From: Escherichia coli
GTDB lineage: Bacteria > Pseudomonadota > Gammaproteobacteria > Enterobacterales > Enterobacteriaceae
NCBI RefSeq assembly: GCF_044324875.1
Contig: NZ_CP172185.1
Strand: one strand, 5' to 3'
DNA: 64,000 bases
Shown here: positions 56,301 through 64,000 of the stretch, piece by piece
How the letters are laid out: each line of letters begins with the position of its first letter
Position numbering within the stretch: position 1 is the stretch's first letter
Position numbers and translations under genes: made by a program
Notes under the pieces: model-generated
Told to the model about the DNA's origin: nothing
The model's database searches: none
Seen by the model: only the letters and a program-made list of their open reading frames with translations

Positions 56301-56630
56301 TTTACGCAGTAGCACTGCCCCGACCACGGCTTCAACAATATTGATGGTCGTCCAGGTCATGTTCAGCGAGCTGGTGGAAAAAAGCAGGATGGATGCGGCG
56401 ATATTTCCCAGCGAGCAGCTCAGCGCAATTCCCGGCCACATGCGCCCGGCATGGCGATAAAACGCCACCATCATGATGGACGTCGGGAACCACAATGGGG
56501 CGAGTTGGGTGCCAAACTGCGAAAGCTCAAGCGAGAAAAGGGTAAAGATAAACGAGACTAAACCTAAACTGACCAGGTGAAGCAGCGGGTGGGGCAGGGC
56601 AATTAATACATGCTGTGATTGTTTGCTCAT
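53313..56630 (-). CDS. dgcE: Diguanylate cyclase DgcE (MASE1-PAS-GGDEF-EAL)
   Basis: 1105-aa ORF; N-terminal multi-TM sensor region, PAS repeats, GGDEF motif (RLGGDEFGLLL), C-terminal EAL-like domain. Confidence 0.9.
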   Translation of the reverse strand: MSKQSQHVLIALPHPLLHLVSLGLVSFIFTLFSLELSQFGTQLAPLWFPTSIMMVAFYRHAGRMWPGIALSCSLGNIAASILLFSTSSLNMTWTTINIVEAVVGAVLLRKLLPWYNPLQNLADWLRLALGSAIVPPLLGGVLVILLTPGDDPLRAFLIWVLSESIGALALVPLGLLFKPHYLLRHRNPRLLFESLLTLAITLTLSWLSMLYLPWPFTFIIVLLMWSAVRLPRMEAFLIFLTTVMMVSLMMAADPSLLATPRTYLMSHMPWLPFLLILLPANIMTMVMYAFRAERKHISESETRFRNAMEYSAIGMALVGTEGQWLQSNKALCQFLGYSQEELRGLTFQQLTWPEDLNKDLQQVEKLISGEINTYSMEKRYYNRNGDVVWALLAVSLVRHTDGTPLYFIAQIEDINELKRTEQVNQQLMERITLANEAGGIGIWEWELKPNIFSWDKRMFELYEIPPHIKPNWQVWYECVLPEDRQHAEKVIRDSLQSRSPFKLEFRIAVKDGIRHIRALANRVLNKEGEVERLLGINMDMTEVKHLNEALFQEKERLHITLDSIGEAVVCIDMAMKITFMNPVAEKMSGWTQEEALGVPLLTVLHITFGDNGPLMENIYSADTSRSAIEQDVVLHCRSGGSYDVHYSITPLSTLDGSNIGSVLVIQDVTESRKMLRQLSYSASHDALTHLANRASFEKQLRILLQTVNSTHQRHALVFIDLDRFKAVNDSAGHAAGDALLRELASLMLSMLRSSDVLARLGGDEFGLLLPDCNVESARFIATRIISAVNDYHFIWEGRVHRVGASAGITLIDDNNHQAAEVMSQADIACYASKNGGRGRVTIYEPQQAAAHSERAAISLDEQWRMIKENQLMMIAHGVASPRIPQARNLWLISLKLWSCEGEIIDEQTFRRSFSDPALSHALDRRVFHDFFQQAAKAVASKGISIALPLSVAGLSSATLVNELIEQLENSPLPPRLLHLIIPADAILDHAESVQKLRLAGCRIVFSQVGRDLQIFNSLKANMADYLLLDGELCANVQGNLMDEMLITIIQGHAQRLGMKTIAGPVVLPLVMDTLSGIGVDLIYGDVFADAQPLDLLVNSSYFAIN

Positions 56631-56947
56631 TACCGCTTTATCCGCAAGACCAGGTCGCCAGTATTCGTTTCTGTGTTTATGCTAGTACAAAAGTTTTACA
56701 TTTTATATGCGAATTGCTCATAAAGTGACGTAAAGGCGGATAATTTGCGCAACTTCGTATAACAATTTTTACCTTGCATTAAAACTGAACAACGTAATTT
56801 GCCACCGGGAATTATTCGTCAACAATTACTCTGAGCGCGCGGCAACGCTATTCGACTGGTATCAGGCGGATGAAATCCCTATAATTGCCGCGTTTGGCGC
56901 TTCGTCGCCCCCTTCCTAACATCCAGGTTAATCAGGTCGCTAAATAT

Positions 56948-57589
56948 ATGACTGATCAGTCTCATCAGTGCGTCATTATCGGTATCGCTGGCGCATCGGC
57001 TTCCGGCAAGAGTCTTATTGCCAGTACCCTTTATCGTGAATTACGTGAGCAAGTCGGTGATGAACACATCGGCGTAATTCCCGAAGACTGCTATTACAAA
57101 GATCAAAGCCATCTGTCGATGGAAGAACGCGTTAAGACCAACTACGACCATCCCAGCGCGATGGATCACAGCCTGTTGCTTGAGCATTTACAAGCGTTGA
57201 AACGCGGCTCGGCAATTGACCTGCCGGTTTACAGCTATGTTGAACATACGCGTATGAAAGAAACGGTGACGGTTGAGCCGAAGAAAGTCATCATTCTCGA
57301 AGGCATTTTGCTGCTAACGGATGCGCGTTTGCGTGACGAACTTAACTTCTCAATTTTCGTTGATACCCCGCTGGATATCTGCCTGATGCGCCGCATCAAG
57401 CGTGACGTTAACGAGCGTGGGCGTTCAATGGATTCAGTGATGGCGCAATATCAAAAAACCGTGCGTCCGATGTTCCTGCAATTCATTGAGCCTTCTAAAC
57501 AATATGCGGACATTATCGTGCCGCGCGGCGGGAAAAACCGCATCGCCATCGATATATTGAAAGCGAAAATAAGTCAGTTCTTTGAATAA
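56948..57589 (+). CDS. udk: Uridine/cytidine kinase
   Basis: ORF 56885..57589; start taken at [22 protein letters not shown] (P-loop); 213 aa. Confidence 0.92.
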
Positions 57590-57680
57590 GCTTGATAAAT
57601 TGTGTACCGTTCAGTGATAACCTGGTATGCCCTTGACGTAATTGGCGTTAAGGGAGTGATGCACGAAAGGAGAAAATGCC

Positions 57681-58262
57681 ATGCGTCTGTGTGACCGAGA
57701 TATTGAAGCCTGGCTTGATGAAGGCCGTTTGTCGATCAACCCACGTCCGCCAGTGGAGCGTATTAATGGCGCGACGGTGGATGTGCGCCTGGGCAATAAA
57801 TTTCGTACCTTCCGTGGTCACACGGCAGCGTTTATCGATCTGAGCGGTCCCAAAGATGAAGTGAGCGCCGCGCTTGACCGCGTGATGAGCGATGAGATCG
57901 TACTCGATGAAAGCGAGGCGTTTTATCTTCACCCAGGAGAGCTGGCGCTGGCGGTGACGCTGGAGTCGGTGACGCTGCCAGCCGATCTGGTGGGATGGCT
58001 GGACGGTCGTTCCTCACTGGCGCGTCTGGGGCTTATGGTGCACGTCACCGCGCACCGTATCGATCCGGGCTGGTCTGGCTGTATTGTGCTGGAGTTCTAC
58101 AACTCCGGTAAGCTGCCGCTGGCGCTGCGTCCGGGCATGTTAATTGGTGCGCTGAGCTTTGAGCCGCTTTCCGGCCCGGCGGCGCGACCTTACAACCGCC
58201 GTGAAGATGCGAAATATCGCAACCAGCAGGGCGCGGTAGCCAGCCGAATCGATAAAGACTAA
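57681..58262 (+). CDS. dcd: dCTP deaminase
   Basis: 193-aa [26 protein letters not shown]... Confidence 0.93.
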   Translation: MRLCDRDIEAWLDEGRLSINPRPPVERINGATVDVRLGNKFRTFRGHTAAFIDLSGPKDEVSAALDRVMSDEIVLDESEAFYLHPGELALAVTLESVTLPADLVGWLDGRSSLARLGLMVHVTAHRIDPGWSGCIVLEFYNSGKLPLALRPGMLIGALSFEPLSGPAARPYNRREDAKYRNQQGAVASRIDKD

Positions 58263-58283
58263 TTCAGGCCCATTGAGGATACC

Positions 58284-60137
58284 ATGAGACGATTTCTGAC
58301 GACGCTGATGATACTCCTGGTCGTGCTGGTGGCCGGGTTATCTGCGTTAGTGTTGCTGGTGAATCCGAATGATTTCCGCGACTATATGGTCAAGCAAGTT
58401 GCTGCACGTAGCGGTTATCAATTGCAGCTCGACGGGCCACTGCGTTGGCACGTCTGGCCGCAACTTAGTATCCTCTCCGGGCGAATGTCTCTCACTGCCC
58501 AGGGCGCGAGCCAGCCACTGGTTCGCGCAGACAACATGCGTCTGGACGTGGCGCTTTTACCACTGCTGAGTCATCAACTGAGCGTTAAGCAGGTGATGCT
58601 AAAAGGGGCAGTGATTCAACTGACGCCGCAGACGGAAGCGGTGCGCAGTGAAGACGCTCCGGTTGCACCGCGCGACAATACCTTGCCGGATCTGTCAGAC
58701 GATCGCGGATGGTCGTTTGATATATCCAGTCTTAAGGTGGCGGACAGCGTGCTGGTGTTCCAGCATGAAGATGACGAGCAGGTGACAATCCGCAATATTC
58801 GCCTGCAAATGGAACAAGATCCCCAACATCGTGGTTCATTTGAGTTCTCCGGGCGGGTTAATCGCGATCAGCGCGATCTCACGATATCCCTTAACGGTAC
58901 GGTAGATGCTTCTGATTATCCGCATGATTTAACGGCGGCTATTGAACAAGTTAACTGGCAGTTGCAGGGTGCAGATTTACCAAAACAAGGTATTCAGGGG
59001 CAGGGGAGTTTCCAGGCCCAGTGGCAGGAGTCACATAAACGCCTTTCATTTAACCAAATTAGTTTGACCGCCAATGACAGTACGCTGAGCGGGCAAGCAC
59101 AGGTCACACTGACAGAGAAACCGGAATGGCAGCTGAGACTGCAATTTCCGCAACTGAATCTTGACAACCTCATCCCGCTTAATGAAACAGCGAACGGTGA
59201 AAACGGTGCCGCGCAGCAGGGGCAGAGCCAATCAACGTTGCCGCGCCCGGTCATTTCTTCGCGTATTGATGAACCGGCCTATCAGGGACTGCAAGGCTTT
59301 ACGGCTGATATTTTGTTGCAGGCCAGTAACGTGCGCTGGCGCGGAATGAATTTTACAGATGTTGCCACGCAAATGACCAACAAGTCGGGTTTGCTGGAAA
59401 TTACTCAACTGCAGGGCAAACTTAACGGTGGACAGGTTTCACTGCCGGGCACGCTGGACGCGACATCAATAAATCCGCGGATAAACTTCCAGCCACGGCT
59501 GGAAAACGTTGAGATTGGTACCATTCTGAAGGCGTTTAACTATCCGATTTCGTTGACCGGAAAGATGTCACTGGCTGGTGATTTCTCCGGTGCTGACATA
59601 GATGCCGACGCATTCCGCCATAACTGGCAAGGACAGGCACATGTCGAAATGACCGACACGCGCATGGAAGGGATGAACTTCCAGCAGATGATTCAGCAAG
59701 CGGTAGAACGTAATGGTGGTGATGTGAAGGCCGCTGAAAACTTCGATAACGTAACGCGTCTTGACCGCTTTACCACCGATTTGACGTTGAAGGATGGCGT
59801 CGTGACGTTAAACGACATGCAAGGTCAATCGCCCATGCTGGCGCTTTCCGGGGCTGGTACGTTGAATCTGGCGGAGCAAACCTGTGACACCCAGTTTGAT
59901 ATTCGGGTCGTGGGGGGCTGGAACGGGGAAAGCAAACTGATTGATTTCCTCAAAGAAACGCCAGTACCGCTGCGGGTTTATGGCAACTGGCAGCAACTCA
60001 ATTACAGTCTGCAAGTGGATCAGTTACTGCGCAAACATCTACAGGACGAAGCGAAACGTCGCCTGAATGACTGGGCCGAGCGGAATAAAGATTCCCGCAA
60101 TGGCAAAGATGTGAAGAAGTTGCTGGAGAAGATGTAG
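58284..60137 (+). CDS. asmA: Outer membrane assembly protein AsmA
   Basis: 617-aa ORF with N-terminal TM anchor; follows dcd. Confidence 0.9.
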   Translation: MRRFLTTLMILLVVLVAGLSALVLLVNPNDFRDYMVKQVAARSGYQLQLDGPLRWHVWPQLSILSGRMSLTAQGASQPLVRADNMRLDVALLPLLSHQLSVKQVMLKGAVIQLTPQTEAVRSEDAPVAPRDNTLPDLSDDRGWSFDISSLKVADSVLVFQHEDDEQVTIRNIRLQMEQDPQHRGSFEFSGRVNRDQRDLTISLNGTVDASDYPHDLTAAIEQVNWQLQGADLPKQGIQGQGSFQAQWQESHKRLSFNQISLTANDSTLSGQAQVTLTEKPEWQLRLQFPQLNLDNLIPLNETANGENGAAQQGQSQSTLPRPVISSRIDEPAYQGLQGFTADILLQASNVRWRGMNFTDVATQMTNKSGLLEITQLQGKLNGGQVSLPGTLDATSINPRINFQPRLENVEIGTILKAFNYPISLTGKMSLAGDFSGADIDADAFRHNWQGQAHVEMTDTRMEGMNFQQMIQQAVERNGGDVKAAENFDNVTRLDRFTTDLTLKDGVVTLNDMQGQSPMLALSGAGTLNLAEQTCDTQFDIRVVGGWNGESKLIDFLKETPVPLRVYGNWQQLNYSLQVDQLLRKHLQDEAKRRLNDWAERNKDSRNGKDVKKLLEKM

Positions 60138-60157
60138 GTTACCAGGTGACCTGTCCT

Positions 60158-60195
60158 GTAGGCCTGATAAGACGCGTAAAGCGTCGCATCAGGCG
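60158..60195. repeat. REP element
   Basis: gtaggcctgataagacgcgtaaagcgtcgcatcaggcg, classic REP palindrome. Confidence 0.7.
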
Positions 60196-60429
60196 TTCGT
60201 GGCGGCACCATTATATTCTGAATATGTAAGATCGAAGGCTGTTCCGTTCACTTGATGTTCCTCGCTACTATGGAACGCTCAAGCCGGTGAACGTGCCAGG
60301 GTGGCTCAATCTCCACCACCCTGGCAACCCGGACCCACACCCCCGCTGTGATGTCCGTTTACCACAGACAATGCTTCATTGCTGAAGTTATAAGGCGTTA
60401 CGCAGCATTGGGTAAAATGGCCGATACCA

Positions 60430-62013
60430 TCACACCTCGTACTCCATCTCGCTATCCTTACGCAGCGGTATAATCTGCACCTTCTGCACGCGATGGCTTT
60501 CCACCTGCAACGTTTTAAGCAAATAATCCCCCACCTGAACTTCTTCGCCAGGTTTTGGAATACGCTGCAAATATTCCATCAGCAGCCCGGCAATGGTGTG
60601 ATATTCGCGTTTCTCATCCAGCGGTAGCGGCACATATTGCACCAGATCTTCCAGTGGCATATGACCATTCGCCGTCCAGGAACCGTCGGCGTTTTTCTGA
60701 ATATCATGGCGGGCGTCGATCTCTTCCACTTCGTTCGGCAAGTTACCGGCAATAGTTTCCGTGACGTCACTTAATGTCACAATCCCTTCCACCGAGCCAA
60801 ACTCATCCACTACAAAAGCAAAGTGCGTGCGGGCATTACGGAACTGCTCCAGGGCAGGTAACAACGGCAAGGTTTCCGGGAACACCAGCGGCTGGCGAAT
60901 CAACACCCGCAGGTTGAGCGGTTCGCCGCGCAGAGACTGTTGTAGCAGGTCGATAACGTGAACAACACCGAGCAAATCTTCTGCGTCATCACCGTCGGTA
61001 ACCACCAACCGCGTATGCTGATTTCGCTCCAGCAACTGGCGGATTTCTTCTTCCGGCGCGTTGAGATCGATATGCTCAATATCGTGGCGCGACGTCATAA
61101 TGCTGCTGACGGTACGCTGGTTAAGATTAAGTACCCGCTCAATCATCCGCCGTTCCTGCGGATTAAAGATCTGCTGGTTACCATGATCCACCAGCATGGA
61201 CGCGGTTTCGGCGTCCAGTTCCGCATCTTCTTTTTGCCCGCTAAGCAGGCGCATTACCGCTTCGGTAGTCCGCTGGCGCAGCGTCTGGTTAGCGGAAAGA
61301 AAACGTCGCCGGTTAAAGATAGCCAACTGATTGAGCGCCTCGATCATCACCGAGAAACCAATAGCAGCGTACAGGTAGCCTTTCGGAATGACGAAGCCGA
61401 AACCTTCTGCCACCAGGCTAAAGCCAATCATCAACAGGAAGCTTAAGCAGAGAATAACGATCGTCGGGTGACTGTTAACAAATTGCGTTAACGGCTTGCT
61501 GGCCATCAACATCAGGCTAATAGCGATAACGACGGCGGCCATCATGACCAGTAAATGGTCGACCATCCCGACGGCGGTAATCACCGAGTCGAGTGAGAAG
61601 ATGGCGTCCAGTACCACAATTTGTGTCACCACCCCCCAGAACTTCGCACCTTTGCGTTGCGTGGGGTTATTGCTGTCTTTCCCTTCCAGCCGTTCGTTCA
61701 GCTCCATCGTGGCTTTGAACAGCAGGAAGAAACCACCAAACAGCATGATTAAGTCGCGGGCGCTAAAGGTAAACGAGCGAAAGCTGAATAGCGGTTGTGT
61801 CAGGGTGACCAGCCAGGAGATTGACGCCAGCAGTAACAGGCGCATTAACATCGCCAGCAGCAGCCCGGTAACCCGTGCGCGGTCGCGCTGCTTCGGCGGT
61901 AGTTTTTCGGCGAGGATGGCAATAAAGACCAGGTTATCAATGCCGAGGACCAGTTCGATCACAATCAGCGTGATTAACCCGGCCCAGATAGACGGATCGG
62001 CAATCCATTCCAT
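60430..62013 (-). CDS. yegH: Inner membrane protein YegH (TerC-like membrane domain, CBS pair, CorC/HlyC-type C-terminus)
   Basis: ORF 60430..62079; start taken at [34 protein letters not shown] (527 aa); domain assignment from memory. Confidence 0.8.
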   Translation of the reverse strand: MEWIADPSIWAGLITLIVIELVLGIDNLVFIAILAEKLPPKQRDRARVTGLLLAMLMRLLLLASISWLVTLTQPLFSFRSFTFSARDLIMLFGGFFLLFKATMELNERLEGKDSNNPTQRKGAKFWGVVTQIVVLDAIFSLDSVITAVGMVDHLLVMMAAVVIAISLMLMASKPLTQFVNSHPTIVILCLSFLLMIGFSLVAEGFGFVIPKGYLYAAIGFSVMIEALNQLAIFNRRRFLSANQTLRQRTTEAVMRLLSGQKEDAELDAETASMLVDHGNQQIFNPQERRMIERVLNLNQRTVSSIMTSRHDIEHIDLNAPEEEIRQLLERNQHTRLVVTDGDDAEDLLGVVHVIDLLQQSLRGEPLNLRVLIRQPLVFPETLPLLPALEQFRNARTHFAFVVDEFGSVEGIVTLSDVTETIAGNLPNEVEEIDARHDIQKNADGSWTANGHMPLEDLVQYVPLPLDEKREYHTIAGLLMEYLQRIPKPGEEVQVGDYLLKTLQVESHRVQKVQIIPLRKDSEMEYEV

Positions 62014-62481
62014 AGTAAGTACAAAACCTATTCGTTGTATGACAAATGTCACAATTCGATCATGGATAAATCGGGGCAAAAATGCAATGTTGCAGCACTA
62101 TTTATCTCATATTATTTGAGGGTAATAACCTCACATTATCCCTGAATTAAAAGTGGTAATAATAAAATATTATTTAAGAAATATCGCATGTGGAGACGCA
62201 ATATTAAATATTGTCAACCTAAAGAAACTCCTAAAAACCATATTGAATGACACTTAATATAATTCTTAAAAATAGCCAATTGCCGAATTGTTACCTTGCC
62301 TGCTATTCCGTTAGCTGTAACACTTCCTCCTGCATTATTGGAGAGCCAATATTCAATTACCATAATGTCACCTTATATTCGGAAGTTAATTTCCGTAATA
62401 ACCCTTTCTCATCAACGACTGCATGCTGAGAGGGTGTGAAAAATTAAACTAAATCAGTGTATTGGTAGCTAAAAAGCCAGG

Positions 62482-62493
62482 GGCGGTAGCGTG
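62482..62493 (+). promoter_or_regulatory. ops element (RfaH recruitment site) within a JUMPstart sequence upstream of wza
   Basis: ggcggtagcgtg matches ops consensus GGCGGTAGnnTG; in the long 5' leader of the colanic acid cluster. Confidence 0.8.
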
Positions 62494-62671
62494 TCTGGAT
62501 GCCTGAAAGACCAGTCTGAATTATTCTGTCAATAGCCTGCGGATGAAATCAATTTTTTTAGGACTGATGCCAGTTAAATTTTTATTCAATTAACTGCAAG
62601 GTAAATGTGCATGGCGACATTGCTATTAATAGTGCACAGGATAATTACTCTGCCAAAGTGATAAATAAACA

Positions 62672-63811
62672 ATGATGAAATCCAAAATGAAATTGATGCC
62701 ATTATTGGTGTCAGTAACCTTGATAAGCGGTTGCACAGTACTTCCGGGCAGCAATATGTCGACGATGGGTAAAGACGTCATCAAACAGCAGGACGCTGAT
62801 TTCGATCTCGACAAAATGGTGAATGTTTATCCGTTGACCCCGCGCCTGATTGATCAATTACGTCCACGACCCAATGTAGCGCGCCCCAATATGACGCTGG
62901 AAAGTGAGATCGCGAATTACCAGTATCGCGTCGGGCCGGGGGACGTTCTTAATGTCACCGTCTGGGATCACCCGGAACTCACCACGCCAGCCGGTCAGTA
63001 CCGCAGCTCCAGCGACACCGGCAACTGGGTACAGCCTGACGGCACTATGTTTTATCCGTATATCGGCAAAGTTCACGTGGTGGGGAAAACGCTCGCTGAA
63101 ATCCGCAGTGATATTACCGGGCGCTTAGCGACGTACATCGCTGACCCGCAGGTGGACGTTAATATCGCCGCCTTCCGCTCGCAAAAAGCCTATATCTCCG
63201 GCCAGGTGAATAAATCCGGCCAACAGGCGATCACCAACGTGCCACTGACCATTCTCGACGCCATCAACGCCGCAGGTGGCCTGACCGACACCGCTGACTG
63301 GCGCAACGTGGTGTTAACACACAATGGTCGTGAAGAACGCATTTCATTGCAGGCGCTGATGCAAAACGGCGACCTCAATCAGAATCGACTGCTTTATCCT
63401 GGCGATATTCTCTACGTGCCGCGTAATGATGATCTGAAAGTGTTTGTGATGGGTGAAGTGAAGAAACAGAGCACCCTGAAAATGGACTTTAGCGGCATGA
63501 CCCTGACTGAAGCCCTTGGTAATGCTGAAGGCATCGACATGACCACCTCCAACGCCAGCGGCATCTTTGTCATTCGTCCGCTGAAAGGCGAGGGTGGGCG
63601 TAACGGCAAGATTGCCAATATCTACCAGCTGGATATGTCCGATGCCACGTCGCTGGTGATGGCGACAGAATTCCGCCTGCAACCTTATGACGTGGTGTAT
63701 GTCACCACCGCACCGGTTTCCCGCTGGAACCGTCTGATCAATCAGTTGCTGCCAACTATTAGCGGTGTCCGTTACATGACGGATACAGCCAGCGACATTC
63801 ATAACTGGTAA
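62672..63811 (+). CDS. wza: Outer membrane polysaccharide export lipoprotein Wza
   Basis: 379-aa ORF; lipobox LISGC; first gene of colanic acid cluster. Confidence 0.93.
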   Translation: MMKSKMKLMPLLVSVTLISGCTVLPGSNMSTMGKDVIKQQDADFDLDKMVNVYPLTPRLIDQLRPRPNVARPNMTLESEIANYQYRVGPGDVLNVTVWDHPELTTPAGQYRSSSDTGNWVQPDGTMFYPYIGKVHVVGKTLAEIRSDITGRLATYIADPQVDVNIAAFRSQKAYISGQVNKSGQQAITNVPLTILDAINAAGGLTDTADWRNVVLTHNGREERISLQALMQNGDLNQNRLLYPGDILYVPRNDDLKVFVMGEVKKQSTLKMDFSGMTLTEALGNAEGIDMTTSNASGIFVIRPLKGEGGRNGKIANIYQLDMSDATSLVMATEFRLQPYDVVYVTTAPVSRWNRLINQLLPTISGVRYMTDTASDIHNW

Positions 63812-63816
63812 TCGTC

Positions 63817-64000
63817 ATGTTTAACAACATTTTAGTTGTCTGTGTCGGCAATATTTGCCGTTCCCCGACGGCGGAACGCTTACTGCAACGTTATCACCCG
63901 GAGCTAAAAGTGGAGTCCGCTGGACTCGGCGCGCTGGTCGGAAAGGGCGCTGATCCTACCGCTATCAGCGTCGCCGCAGAACATCAACTGTCTCTGGAAG
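63817..64000 (+). CDS. wzb: Low-molecular-weight protein-tyrosine phosphatase Wzb (5' part; continues beyond window)
   Basis: MFNNILVVCVGNICRSPTAERLL, CX5R P-loop of LMW-PTPs; truncated by window end. Confidence 0.85.
   Translation, partial: MFNNILVVCVGNICRSPTAERLLQRYHPELKVESAGLGALVGKGADPTAISVAAEHQLSLE

Noticed and set aside
62247-62429. 60-aa ORF in the wza leader
   Set aside because: Lies in the non-coding JUMPstart/leader region; no RBS; AT-rich, Cys/Asn-rich translation.

Overview
Escherichia coli-type chromosomal window, syntenic (reverse orientation) with the K-12 molR–metG ... gat ... baeSR/mdtABCD ... yegLKI ... wza region. All calls come from reading the sequence and ORF track; K-12 comparisons are from memory and no database search was run. 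Content: a large MolR-like WGR gene (open for all 951 in-window codons), metG, apbC, the cryptic yehDCBA fimbrial operon, rcnRAB with tandem RcnR operators, the thiMD TPP riboswitch and genes, yegXWVUT, fbaB, gatYZABCD–gatR, yegS, yegR, CyaR sRNA, yegQ, yegP, baeSR–mdtABCD, a sib/ibs type I toxin–antitoxin array, yegL–yegK–yegI, yegD, alkA, dgcE, udk, dcd, asmA, yegH and the start of the colanic acid cluster (ops element, wza, wzb). Strain-specific features: (1) a complete 768-bp IS1 with a 9-bp target duplication inside gatD, while gatR is intact; (2) an in-frame TGA splitting yegT; (3) two genes of unknown function (secreted 201 aa; HEAT-like repeat 466 aa) between yegQ and yegP, which I believe are adjacent in K-12; (4) three rather than two tandem sib/ibs units, one encoding an Ibs variant I do not recognise; (5) a contiguous vWA / PP2C phosphatase / Ser-Thr kinase triad (yegLKI, TerY-P-like). 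Best candidates for an under-described system are the yegQ–yegP two-gene island and the yegLKI triad beside the expanded sib/ibs array. No CRISPR, tRNA or rRNA found.
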